Assembly: GCA_010015585.1 (NCBI GenBank)
Contig: ML975157.1
DNA length: 64,000 nt
DNA from: Eremomyces bilateralis CBS 781.70
Lineage: Eukaryota
Direction: 5' to 3' (one strand)
The position numbers were made by a program, and so were the translations under genes. Numbering within the stretch: position 1 is the stretch's first letter; the number at the start of each line of letters is the position of its first letter. Positions 1-10,500 of this stretch are shown here, piece after piece. The notes beneath the pieces were generated by a model. The model was not told where the DNA came from and made no database searches. It saw nothing but the letters and a program-made list of their open reading frames with translations.

Positions 1-837
1 ACATCGAGGGCCGAGAGTTCTCATGCAACTATTAAGCGACGGATCACGCTTCGACGAGGCGATATAATGAATACCATCGATCAATTAACGCATTCAATCC
101 GTCGTACAAACCATGAGGCTACTGTCGCAATGGAGGACTCTGCAATCCGTGTCAATCCGAAGTATCGCGCCGTTTTCTCTCCGGAAGTGATCCAACATGT
201 TTCTCCGCAAGCGCTTAAGAAGATGTATCGAAGTATCATTCGAATCAGGCTTGAAGAACGTCGACGGCGAGATGAAGAGCGGCGACAGAGAAATGAAGAG
301 CGTCAACAGAGAAATGAAGAGCGTCAACAGAGAAATGAAGAGCGTCAACAAAGAGATGAAGAGCACTCAGGAGATTACTCGAACCAGTCTCCATGCACAC
401 ACATATATCAGACTTCTCTTGGACTTCCTTGCTTCCATACTATTCGACGTTGTCTATCACAAAATACGCAAATCCAGCTTCCTATGATCGACTCCTATTG
501 GTTTTACAAGTTACCTACACTCCCACTACCCGGATCCTTCGCGACAGTACGCGATCCAGCTATGGCACGACTTCCTCCTGGACTAAGAGACCGGCCAAAC
601 GACCCTTCTTCGCGTCGACTCCCGTCTGCCTTCGAACAGGTACGTGCAACACCATTACAACACCAAAGATCGGGAGGAGGAGCACAGCCCCAGCCAGCCC
701 CTCCGCCGCAGATGAACGGGCAGGAAATTACGGAAGAAGCACGAAGGTTACTTGCGAACTATCGACCAGGGGAGACGTCATTCAGCGATCTCATCCAAGA
801 GCGCATCAGCGGCCTTACGCCAGCTTCTTTTGAGTGA
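1..837 (+). CDS. Mutator-like (MULE) DDE transposase, C-terminal part (5' truncated by the window edge)
   Basis: Frame is open from base 1: TSRAESSHATIK resembles the catalytic-Glu motif of MULE transposases. It is followed by a SWIM-like Zn finger remnant CTHIYQTSLGLPCFH and an RRLPSAFE tail typical of fungal MULEs. No introns. Confidence 0.85.
   Translation, partial: TSRAESSHATIKRRITLRRGDIMNTIDQLTHSIRRTNHEATVAMEDSAIRVNPKYRAVFSPEVIQHVSPQALKKMYRSIIRIRLEERRRRDEERRQRNEERQQRNEERQQRNEERQQRDEEHSGDYSNQSPCTHIYQTSLGLPCFHTIRRCLSQNTQIQLPMIDSYWFYKLPTLPLPGSFATVRDPAMARLPPGLRDRPNDPSSRRLPSAFEQVRATPLQHQRSGGGAQPQPAPPPQMNGQEITEEARRLLANYRPGETSFSDLIQERISGLTPASFE
272..364 (+). repeat. 21-bp coding tandem repeat, about 4.4 copies (ATGAAGAGCGTCAACAGAGAA), encoding (NEERQQR)n
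   Basis: Units start at 272, 293, 314, 335 and 356 (partial). Confidence 0.95.
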
Positions 838-1093
838 AACGAGGACCTAAGTTAGCGTTTTTGATCATCCGTGATCCTCCGTACGATTAGATACATTGGA
901 TTACAGAGTTTGAACGCAGAATGGTCGGCTTGACTCGTATAAAGCATCATATACTGGACCATCCCAATCTGCGTCAGAGATTCGAAGGGATTGGTATGTC
1001 ATGTGACCAGGTAGGGTGTAAATGGAGCGGGGTACGGGTGTGAATGGAGCACAGCAGGGTGTGAAAGGAGCTTCACCCTTGCCATGGACCGTA

Positions 1094-1123
1094 CACTCTC
1101 AGATGAAAGCTCATCTGAGAGTG
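1094..1123. repeat. Perfect inverted repeat, 13-bp arms and 4-nt loop
   Basis: CACTCTCAGATGA-aagc-TCATCTGAGAGTG. Confidence 0.95.
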
Positions 1124-1145
1124 GGCCGACCTGCAGCCTCCAGCC

Positions 1146-1500
1146 CAGGCTGGCTAATCGAGGCGTCGCGAGGCGTCGCGAGGGATGACTAAGCGCCTCG
1201 ACTCGCCTCGACTCAATTACATACTAATCCGCCTCGCGAGGCCTGCGCGAACCATGGTTAAATATACCATCCGTAGTCCTGTATACTATATAGTGACCAA
1301 TACCACGGTGGCTAAGGTCATTGAATCCTATAGAATCTGGGTCAGATCCAGAAAATACGGACTACGACGATGAAAGACTGGTAGCATGCGACTAAACGGG
1401 TCTAGCAACACGTGATACAGCGAAATAGCGACGCCTTGATCAAGGAACGAGGCGAGCGAGGCGAGGCGCTTAACGAGGCCTTGCTCGATTAGCCAGCCTG
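1146..1500. mobile_element. Non-autonomous hAT-type element (MITE), 355 bp
   Basis: Perfect 17-bp TIRs CAGGCTGGCTAATCGAG (1146-1162) / CTCGATTAGCCAGCCTG (1484-1500). 8-bp TSD CTCCAGCC at 1138-1145 and 1501-1508. Subterminal CGAGGCG/CGCCTCG repeats. No credible ORF. Confidence 0.93.
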
Positions 1501-1742
1501 CTCCAGCCTCCATGGTCAAATCACGTGCAGAGTGCAGGAGTTATTATCACGTGACTGTGGCGTAGACTTAGGACAAGCAGGGATGTTATATTAACATATG
1601 CAGGGTAATTGGGGTGTATGTGCAGCACCTGCCTTTTCATTGGCTTGAGCAAATGCCTTCATGCAGTTCTGCACTTCAAGTCTTAACGAACCTTTGCCTC
1701 TATTGCGTATATCATTCAAGAATCAAAACCATATTACCAGCT

Positions 1743-3735
1743 ATGGGAGATGAGCCAGTCATGGATCCTCCGCAGCCTGGGTCTCCGAAGAGGAAGCGCA
1801 ATGACAACGATGGACACAGCGAAGGTGGTGAAAAGGTTCATCACAAACGACAGAAGCATCCTGGATCCCGCGGTAAAAAGTCGTCCGCTCAGCGAGGTTC
1901 TCGGGGAAATTCGAGAAGGCCTACTGGGCGGAACGAATATTTGTGAGCAATTAGATATCCAGGGATTTCTTCAAAGCAACAACTAATAGCGCAAGTCGCC
2001 AAAATGTAGATAAAAGGGATCGAAACACCGCAAGGCAGGCCAAACGAGATCAGGATGCAGAGAATGGCGACGGCGAAGTGGGGAAATCCCACCTCCCTCC
2101 AGCGTTCAGTGCGGAAGAAATTGCAGAGGAGTCGCGTCGTCCGAAGCGGAAAGTTGCAGTTCTACTCAGCTACTCTGGGAGCGGATACAAAGGCATGCAG
2201 ATCATGCCAAACGAACGAACCATTGAAGGCGACTTGTTCTCGGCATTTGTGTCTGCGGGCGCTATTTCAAAAGCCAATGCCAATGATCCCAAGAAAAGCA
2301 CTCTTGTCCGATGCGCCAGGACCGACAAAGGTGTTCATGCCGCCGGGAATGTGGTATCTCTCAAACTCATCGTGGAAGACGAGGATATCGTCGAAAAGAT
2401 CAACACCCACCTCCCTCCTCAAATCCGGGTTTGGGGATTCCTACGAACGATTGGAAGCTTTAGTTGCTACGCGGCATGTGACTCACGGTGGTACGAATAC
2501 CTCATCCCAACGCACTGCTTCCTACCTCCCAATCCTGCCTCATTCCTCGGGAAGAAGATCGTAGAGCTCGCGAAAGAAGCAGATGACGTTGAAGGCTACC
2601 AGTCCCGTCAAGGAGCGGAAAAGGACTTCTGGAAGTTTGCCGAAGAGAAGCACGTCGCTCCGATCCTGGCGCGTTTGGATGACAATCTAAGATCTCTCAT
2701 CAACAAGGCCCTCTACGAGGAGGAGAATGTCGGCGAGTTCGAGGCGTTCGAAGCGATACAAAAGAAGGAGGCCAAAATGGAGGAAGAGGCCTTGAACAAA
2801 GCGGGCACAAGCGGCCAGGAGCAGTCGGCGCCAGATCAACCCACCAATGACGAAGCCACCGAACCTCGAAAACCCTCCACCATAAAGATTGCCGGCACAT
2901 CCATCAAGACTGTCGATCTCAGCGGTGAGCAGCAGGCTTCGCTGGATCAAGCCATCAAAGACATCAAAGAGGCTCACTATCATGCCAAAGCAGAGTACCG
3001 TATCACACCGGAACGGCTCGAACGGGTGAAGTTGGCCTTCAGCCAGTACAAAGGCACGAGCAACTACCACAACTATACGGTCCGGAAGATGGCAACCGAT
3101 CCATCCGCCAAGCGCCACATGAAGTCTTTCGAGGTCAATGGAGATCCGATGATCCTCAGCGGGACCGAATGGATCTCCCTGAAGGTGCACGGGCAAAGCT
3201 TTATGATGCACCAGATCCGGAAAATGGTCAGCATGGCGGCATTGATCGTCCGTTGCGGTACGCCTGTTGTGCGGATACCTGAAAGCTTTGAACATACGAC
3301 CATTGCGATCCCTAAGGCGCCCGGACTCGGACTACTGCTCGAGAGGCCGATCTTCGATACGTACAATAAGATCCAAGCCGAAAAGTTCGACAAAGAGCCC
3401 ATTGACTTCTCGAAGTACGATGCTCAGATCCAGGAGTTCAAGCAGAGGGAGATTTACAACCGCATCTTCGAAGAGGATGCCAAGGATCACACGTAAGCGA
3501 CTGCTTCAGTCCTCCTCCTGAGCTATTTTCCGGCTAACTTCCACCCAGTTTCTACAACTTCTTCTCTCATGTTGATGGGTATAAAGAATCGTCCTTCTTG
3601 TACTTGAGTTCTAAAGGCTTCGATGCGGTCAAAGCTGCACGAGTTGCTCCGGGAAGAAAATCCGTGGAGAAGGCACTGGTGGAAGCCTCGGACTCGGAAG
3701 AAGAGCGAATGGCGAGGGGTGGCGAGGAAGGCTAG
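1743..3735 (+). CDS. PUS1: tRNA pseudouridine synthase 1 (TruA family)
   Basis: Motifs RCARTDKGVHA, YSGSGYKGMQ, HGQSFMMHQIRKM. Introns at about 1943-1995 and 3493-3548; splicing restores the frame to TAG at 3733-3735. Confidence 0.93.
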
Positions 3736-3994
3736 ACACATAAGGGCTGTCGCGCAAGTTTGGGCCGATGCATCATTTATATGAGTGGACTGGAGAAACA
3801 TGGAAGATAGCAATCATGGTTGACTTGATTGCGACCTATTAGACATACAAAATCCCGCAAGGAAATCCTTGGGTTCTTGCAACTGATACGGGATACAGTA
3901 GCCTCAAATCAGTCATCCAGCCTAGTCTTTTTAATGCAGCCACCGTAGAGAATGCCCATGAATGCACGGAAACTTTTCCTCCTGGCAATGTACT

Positions 3995-4984
3995 TTAAAA
4001 CCGGGTACCATTGACGTTCTGGACGCCCTTCCCCAATTGACTCGCAACCACCGTCGCCTCGCGCACCGCCCTCGACATCGACCCCCTCACCCGCCCTTCC
4101 TCCAGCACCAGCAACCCCCCAATCGTGCACCCCCCCGGCGTGCACACCTTATCCCGCAACACCGCCGGATGCTCCCCATTCTGCACCAACGCCGCAGCCC
4201 CACGCATCGTCTGCGCGGCCATGATCTGCGCCTCCGCGCGCGGCAACCCCATCGCGACGCCGCCGTCCGCTAGCGACTCCAGCACTAGGAACATGAACGC
4301 GGGGCCGGAGCCGCACAGCGCGGTGCCCGCGTCCATGTTGCCGGCGGGGAGCTGCACGATCTTGCCGATGCGGCTGAAGATCCAGACGACGAGGGCGAGG
4401 GACGCGGAGGGGAGGGGCGGGGTGGAGGTGGCGATGACGGTCATGGATTCGCGGACGAAGCTGGCGGTGCTGGGCATGACGCGGACGATTTGGCAGGGGT
4501 CGGGGGGCGGGGTGGCGCCGTAGAGGGTTTCGGAGATTTGCTCCTGGGTGACGCCGGCGAGGATGCTCATGAGGAGCTTGCCGGCGAGGGCGTCTTTGAC
4601 GCCCGGGGCGGTCAGGACGTCGCGGAGCATGTAGGGTTTGCATCCGAGGAGGACGACATCGGCTTGCTGGAGGCCGGGGATGTTGTCGTTGACCAGAGTG
4701 GTTAGGCTGGAGGAGTAGGCTGCGAGCTCAGTTTGGATGCGCTTTGCGGACACGGGGCGGCGGACGCAGGCGATGAACTTGGAAGGGAGCCGGGCTGGGA
4801 GCTCTTCCCCGGGAGTGGATGCGGATGGCGCTTCAAGGGACGACATGATCCCCGAGAGGATCGAGATGCCCATGGTACCTATCGAAACCCGTTAGTGAGA
4901 TATTGACAAGCACCCGAAGCACATCGTACCGCATCCTAACACCGTGAGAGTGAGTCCTTCCGAGTTCCCGGATTGTGCTGCCAT
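3995..4984 (-). CDS. PRO3: Pyrroline-5-carboxylate reductase
   Basis: N-terminal LGCG/TMG Rossmann motif split by one intron (about 4880-4929). Motifs ALCGSGPAF and VCTPGGCTIGGL. Confidence 0.95.
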
Positions 4985-5559
4985 GTTGATATCGGTATCT
5001 GGAACTGTTAGCATGTGGTTTCCTGCAACTTGCTCGATGCCTTGCATACCAGAAGCAATTCCAATATTAATTTCTTGTGATCTGAAAATACTGCGTCTTT
5101 GCAAACTACAGCATCCAATTGCCCGGAAAATTTCGACCTCACTTCCCGATTGATTACCGTAACATTTAATGGAGATCTACTCCAGCTGCCGGGCAATATC
5201 CATGGTCAATGGTGGCGTTCATAGAGCGGCGGTGGCTGAATGCTGCTTTTCGCAGGCCGTTCCCCGCGGAGCTGGCCCGACTGCATGTGGCTGACCACAG
5301 CATTTGGCGCTTGGGTTCGGAATTATGAACGGTCCAGTATGAAGCTCCATGAGGCTCTCGTTGCAAATTGCCAACTTTATATTCACCAACGGTCAACCGA
5401 CGCATCATGTGTTATACGATGGACGTTGAATGCCGTCATCCCACGACCCCCCTCGAGCGTCGGTCACAAATTTGATTTCTGCAGTGATCCATGCATCACC
5501 TCCCCGAGTGTCAAAAGATTCAACCTATCCGGCGTGCATGGCCCTGAGCCGTTTGAGCC

Positions 5560-6369
5560 ATGGCAGATCCATTCGAAGTCCGCATCCGGTTCACATCGCT
5601 CCTCCAGCACCTGGACGCCTCCGTGACGTCCGCGCAGCGAGCTGCCAGCTATGCGCTCAAGAACCGAGATATGGACGAGGACCTCCACTCGTGCATCCTG
5701 GAGCAGCTGGAGCGCGTAAGTCATGGAAACGACGTGGCGCAAGTACGAATACTAACCGTTGGCAGAATAACATGAATGTCCGAGCGAATATCCTGTTCTT
5801 CGTCGAGCACCTGTGCGATCTCGCGCAGCGTGAGAATCACCTCGACTTTGTGCAGATGATACAAAAGGACATTATTCGAATTATCGACGCTGTCGCTCCT
5901 AGCGATGGTAGCGGCGCCACCAACGTGAAATTGGCAAGGAAGGTCAGATTGCCTCCACGCCTTTCCCCGGCTCCCGTGAAGCACGGCTGATGTCCACCAG
6001 GTGATGAACGGCCTAGAACAACGACGGATTCTCGGCGACGACACGATCCGAGAAATCGATGCGCGCCTGAGCGAGCGCGACACGGCGGGCATCGCCGAAC
6101 CGCGGACGAACGGACAGAGCGTGAAATCAGCTACAACTACGGCGAAGACGAACGGGATTGCCCGACTGGACAAAAAGCAGATCGAGAGAAGAATTGAAGA
6201 AGATCGGGAACGGCACAAGCGGATGAGAGAGAGCATTTGGGCGGTCAGTGCGGAAAACGGGGATGAGGCGGATCGAGAGTGGGAGGAGGATTTGGATCAC
6301 GAGGAGGATGATTTGATTGAGGGGAAAGAGCACAAGATCCTGCAGGGGGACTCCGACACCTTTACCTAA
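5560..6369 (+). CDS. CTK3: CTD kinase I gamma subunit
   Basis: MADPFEVRIRF...DMDEDLHSCILEQLE, NVRANILFF and RIEEDRERHKRMRESIW. Introns at about 5716-5766 and 5943-6000. Confidence 0.9.
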
Positions 6370-6602
6370 CGGAAATGGCATGATCCTGGTTGGGAGAGTA
6401 AAATATGATGATATGTTACATTAGCAAGCGTATGGAGACTTCCTCCATAGCGAATCTTGCTGCATCCTTGATATCCAAGAAGCAAACAGACCCAAGAAAA
6501 CAGCCATGTCCAAGAGCCACCACCCGCCTCCGGAGACCACGCGTATGATACATGTACAGCTCGATGCTAACGCCACAGTGTATGCTATCCTACATTGCTG
6601 CA

Positions 6603-7205
6603 CTATTCCATCACCACCACCGCCCCGATCGCCTTAAGCGTCTCGACGATCTTCTCCCCCTCCTCCTTCGGCACGGACTCTTTCATCATTTTCGGCGCGC
6701 TCTCGACGAACTTCTTGCTGTCCACCAGACTCAGGCCGAGCAGGCTCTTGATCTCCTTGATCACCTTCGGTTTGGAGCCGGCGTCGAACGATTGGAGTTT
6801 GAGGTTGAACAGCGTCTTTTCTTGAGCCGGGGGGGCCGCTTCTTCCTCTTCGACGGGTGCGGCGGCCGCTGGGGCGGCGGCTGCGAATCCGCCCATCGGT
6901 ACATCTGGGATATTTAACCGGCTCTGGATGGTGTTAGCAATTGATGATTCTTCCGTCTTGGGAGTCCGTACCTTCAACGTAGAGACGAGGTCGGCTGTCT
7001 CGAGGAGAGTCAATTTCCCAATCTGCTCGACTATAGCTTCGATCTTCGGGTCCAAAGGAGCAGCCGCCTCGGTCGACTGCTGTCTCCGCTGCAGATAGCT
7101 CGCGGACTGTGTCGTTCGTTGACGAAGAACGGAGGTCGAGATGATCCTTCGGCGAAGAGGGCTGCGGGCGCATTGCCGCACGACGGCGGGGAGGGAGAGA
7201 GACAT
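6603..7205 (-). CDS. MNP1: Mitochondrial ribosomal protein bL12m (L7/L12)
   Basis: Arg-rich presequence, LTLLETADLVSTLK, KVIKEIKSLLGLSLVDSKKFVESAP. One short in-frame intron near 6923-6970. Confidence 0.92.
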   Translation of the reverse strand: MSLSLPAVVRQCARSPLRRRIISTSVLRQRTTQSASYLQRRQQSTEAAAPLDPKIEAIVEQIGKLTLLETADLVSTLKVRTPKTEESSIANTIQSRLNIPDVPMGGFAAAAPAAAAPVEEEEAAPPAQEKTLFNLKLQSFDAGSKPKVIKEIKSLLGLSLVDSKKFVESAPKMMKESVPKEEGEKIVETLKAIGAVVVME

Positions 7206-7542
7206 GGTGCAAAGAATGTCGAGAGATGCTCTCAGGCTCCAATTAGGATGTATGGAAGGAAGCACAAGCTGTGGTTAGGATTCGTCCATCGGGGAGGCCC
7301 AGATAAATCTTTAGGTCGCGAAAAGCGATGGACGACGATGTGGTCTGGGCGTCTCAAATTCATACACATTGGCCTTACAGCCTTACAACCTTATATATTT
7401 ACAGGGGGCCCCTGTCCAAAATTCTCGACATCTCGACATCGACATTATTTCGCGAACGAAATTTGTTCCATGAAGGTTCAAATCCTCCGAATTTGACCAC
7501 AATTAATCGACCGTCACGATAAGGTCGTTCTTGACCGAAGTG

Positions 7543-10500
7543 ATGGACTGCTCGCGGCAATTCGCTTCGTTGCTGCTCACCGCAGACCTCCCCGAAGAAC
7601 TCAAACTCATCCTCCGCGAAGGATCGATCCCGCAAATCCTCGAAGCCACCTCCGCCGCCGCCCTCCTCCCGCGATACACGGACGCCCTCTTTCTCCAACT
7701 GCAGCCAATATTCGCGGAGCTCTGCTGCAGATGGAACCGAAACCAGCTGCTCTACGCAATTCCGGCCCTGGGACGCATCCTGCCGTTTGCCCCTCACTTG
7801 CCGCAGTTCATATCACAACCGCTCTTCCACGATGATAATGGCCGACCGTTACGGCTGCCGACCTTGGAACAAACCCTCTTTCAGGGCAGAAAGGAGGAAG
7901 ACCTGCGCGAACTACTCCTGGGTCTATTTCGACTGTTGAGGCTGGACGACCGGACGTATAGCGCTTATATTCACGCTGCCAATCTTCAACTATGCCTCTC
8001 GCACTCCTCCATTGCCATACGATACCTGGCGACTCGTGTGCTCTGCCTCTTTGCGCATGCTGCGGATGCTGCAACAGCTCAGACCCTGCATAAATATACG
8101 GCCGGACAGGCTGTCAAAGCCCTTTGGGACGGCAAAGAGATCGACTATACATATCTGAACATATGGGAGAGGAAACGGTTCGAATCAATGTCAGGGGCGG
8201 TTGATGAGGCTCAAAAGCTGCAGTCGGAACTTCCATCTGCCGCTATGCGGCCTCTATTTGTCCGACCTGAAGACATGAGCCCTCACGTCGTCCCCGTCCA
8301 AGGGGTGCTTTTACCCCGAATCCACAAGGGATCCATGGACGAAGTGGACGAGTCATTCGTCGCTGTGCCCAGTGCGATCTCCAACCTAGCTTCCTTTGCC
8401 AGGACTATACTGGGAGGCCATCCTACGCTTCTTACAGGATTACCTGGTTCTGGCAAAACGTTCATCATCAACTATCTTGCAGAATTGATGGGTAAACGAG
8501 ATACCATGGTTACTCTGCATCTGAACGAACAGACCGATGCAAAACTACTGCTTGGTCTGTATACGACCGACCCAGAAGCCGGGACATTTGCTTGGGCTCC
8601 TGGCGTTCTCACTACTGCTGTGAAGGAGGGCCGATGGCTCGTAATTGAAGACCTTGATCATGCGCCCGATTCCGTAATCAGTACCCTATTGCCGCTACTG
8701 GAAAGAGGGGAGCTGCATCTGCCGAGTCGAGGTGAAGTCATCCGAGCCGCGGAAGGATTCCGAATCATCGCTACGATACGAACCATTCAAAGCTCTACAG
8801 GGACCGAGACCATTTCCCGACCGAGGATGGTCGGTTGGAGGTTTTGGGAACGAACTCAATTGTGTCCATTCTCCCTGCAGGAGGCCAAGGACATCATTCA
8901 AACCAAGTACCCGGAGTTGGTGAAGCATTCCGGCTCCTTCACAACTCTGTTTGAGAGGGTAACCACGCTTCTCGCATCGAAATCATTTTCATATGCCGCC
9001 AAAAATGGCTCCATTCGGCCGTTCCATTTTGCCGATTTGCTGAAATGGTGCAGCCGAATGTCGTGGAAATTCAAACATTCACGAAAATTCGATGACAATG
9101 ATTTGGCCGGCATGTTCCTGGATGCCGTGGACATATTCGCAGCGAGCATGCGCGACAAGGTTTTGCAGGACGCGATGGTTGAGAACATCGCCATCGCCCT
9201 CGGCATTGACCCTCAGCTTCGCGACCATCTACTCGGTCGAAGAGAAATCCCAGTGGGGTTCCCAAAGGAAGGATCGAAAGCGTCGCTTCGTGTCGGACGC
9301 ATCCAACTACCAGTGTCCTCTTCGATCAAGAGACACCTGGACACACAAGCTCTCGCTCTGAATCGTCAGACGAGATGCGCTCTCGAAAGAATTTCGGCGG
9401 CAGTTATGCAGAGCGAGCCACTTCTTCTTGTAGGCGAGACTGGCGCTGGAAAGACATCCACAGTGCAGTACTTGTCAAATTGCTCCAGAGCTACACTGCA
9501 TGTCTTCAATTTGTCCCAACAGAGCGAAGGCAGCGACTTGTTAGGAAGCTTTAAGCCGGTTTCGATTCGGGCTATGATGCAGCCTCTGAAAGCGCGGTTC
9601 GAAGACCTTTTCTTCGCCACATTTGGGCAGAAGGCGAACGAAGGTTTCCTGACGTCCCTCTCCAAGTCTTTCGCAAAGGGCCAATGGAGCCGGGTCTTCA
9701 AGCTCTGGCTCAACGCTATCGATCGCGTGCAACAAGCACCCCCATCGCGGGAGCACGCTGAGATCTCGACCGCTCATCCGCGCAAAAAGATCAAAACGGG
9801 GCATTCCCACGCGGAGAGCGAGCCAGCCACGCCGTCGTACAAGTATGTCTCGGAATGGGAACAGTTTGCAGCGGAGGCAAGGGTTCTGGAGCAAAAGATG
9901 AAGTCATCACGGTCGAGCCCGCTGTTCGCGTTTGTCGAGGGGAACCTCGTCAAAGCTGCACGCAATGGTCACTGGGTCTTACTGGATGAGATCAACCTGG
10001 CCCCGATGGAGACTCTAGAGGCGCTTGCCGAGCTACTCGGAGGCGGATATCGAAACGAGAGGTTCTTAATGTTGTCTGAGTCGGGTGAAGTCCAACGGAT
10101 CGAAGCCCACCGGGACTTCCGCCTGTTCGCCGCGATGAATCCCGCCACCGACGTAGGCAAGCGTGACCTCCCTGGCGGAATCCGCAGCCGTTTCACCGAA
10201 TTCTACTTCGAAAGTCCCGATCGCGATCCGGAGTCGCTGCTGATGATCGTCAGCTCGTACCTGCGCGATCCGCACTTCGACAAAAAGTCCGCGCCCGACG
10301 CCGCGGGTCTCTACCAAAAAATTCAAGGGCTCGTGGAGTCGAATCAGATCGTGGACGGAGCGGGGCGTCGGCCGCATTACAGTCTCAGAAGTTTAACCCG
10401 AGCACTGAGGTTCGCCGCCCTCATGAAGCCCTGCATGTCCGGCAGAGAGGCGCTGAATGAAGGGTTTCAGATGAGCTTTTCCACCTGTTTGGACAATACT

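Larger units (their letters stand above)
1..1078 (+). mobile_element. Right part of a MULE DNA transposon; probable terminus at 1078
   Basis: Transposase ORF followed by three subterminal direct repeats GGGTGTRAAWGGAGC (1014, 1036, 1057) ending in ...GGAGCTTCACCC, i.e. a terminus reading GGGTGAAGCTCC on the minus strand. The other TIR and TSD are outside the window. Confidence 0.65.

Noticed and set aside
272..364. Regularly spaced repeats resembling a CRISPR array
   Set aside because: Head-to-tail 21-bp units with no unique spacers, in frame within a eukaryotic transposase.
7475..7485. GGTTCAAATCC, a tRNA T-loop/B-box-like motif
   Set aside because: No A-box, acceptor stem or cloverleaf could be built; at most an isolated TFIIIC-like site.
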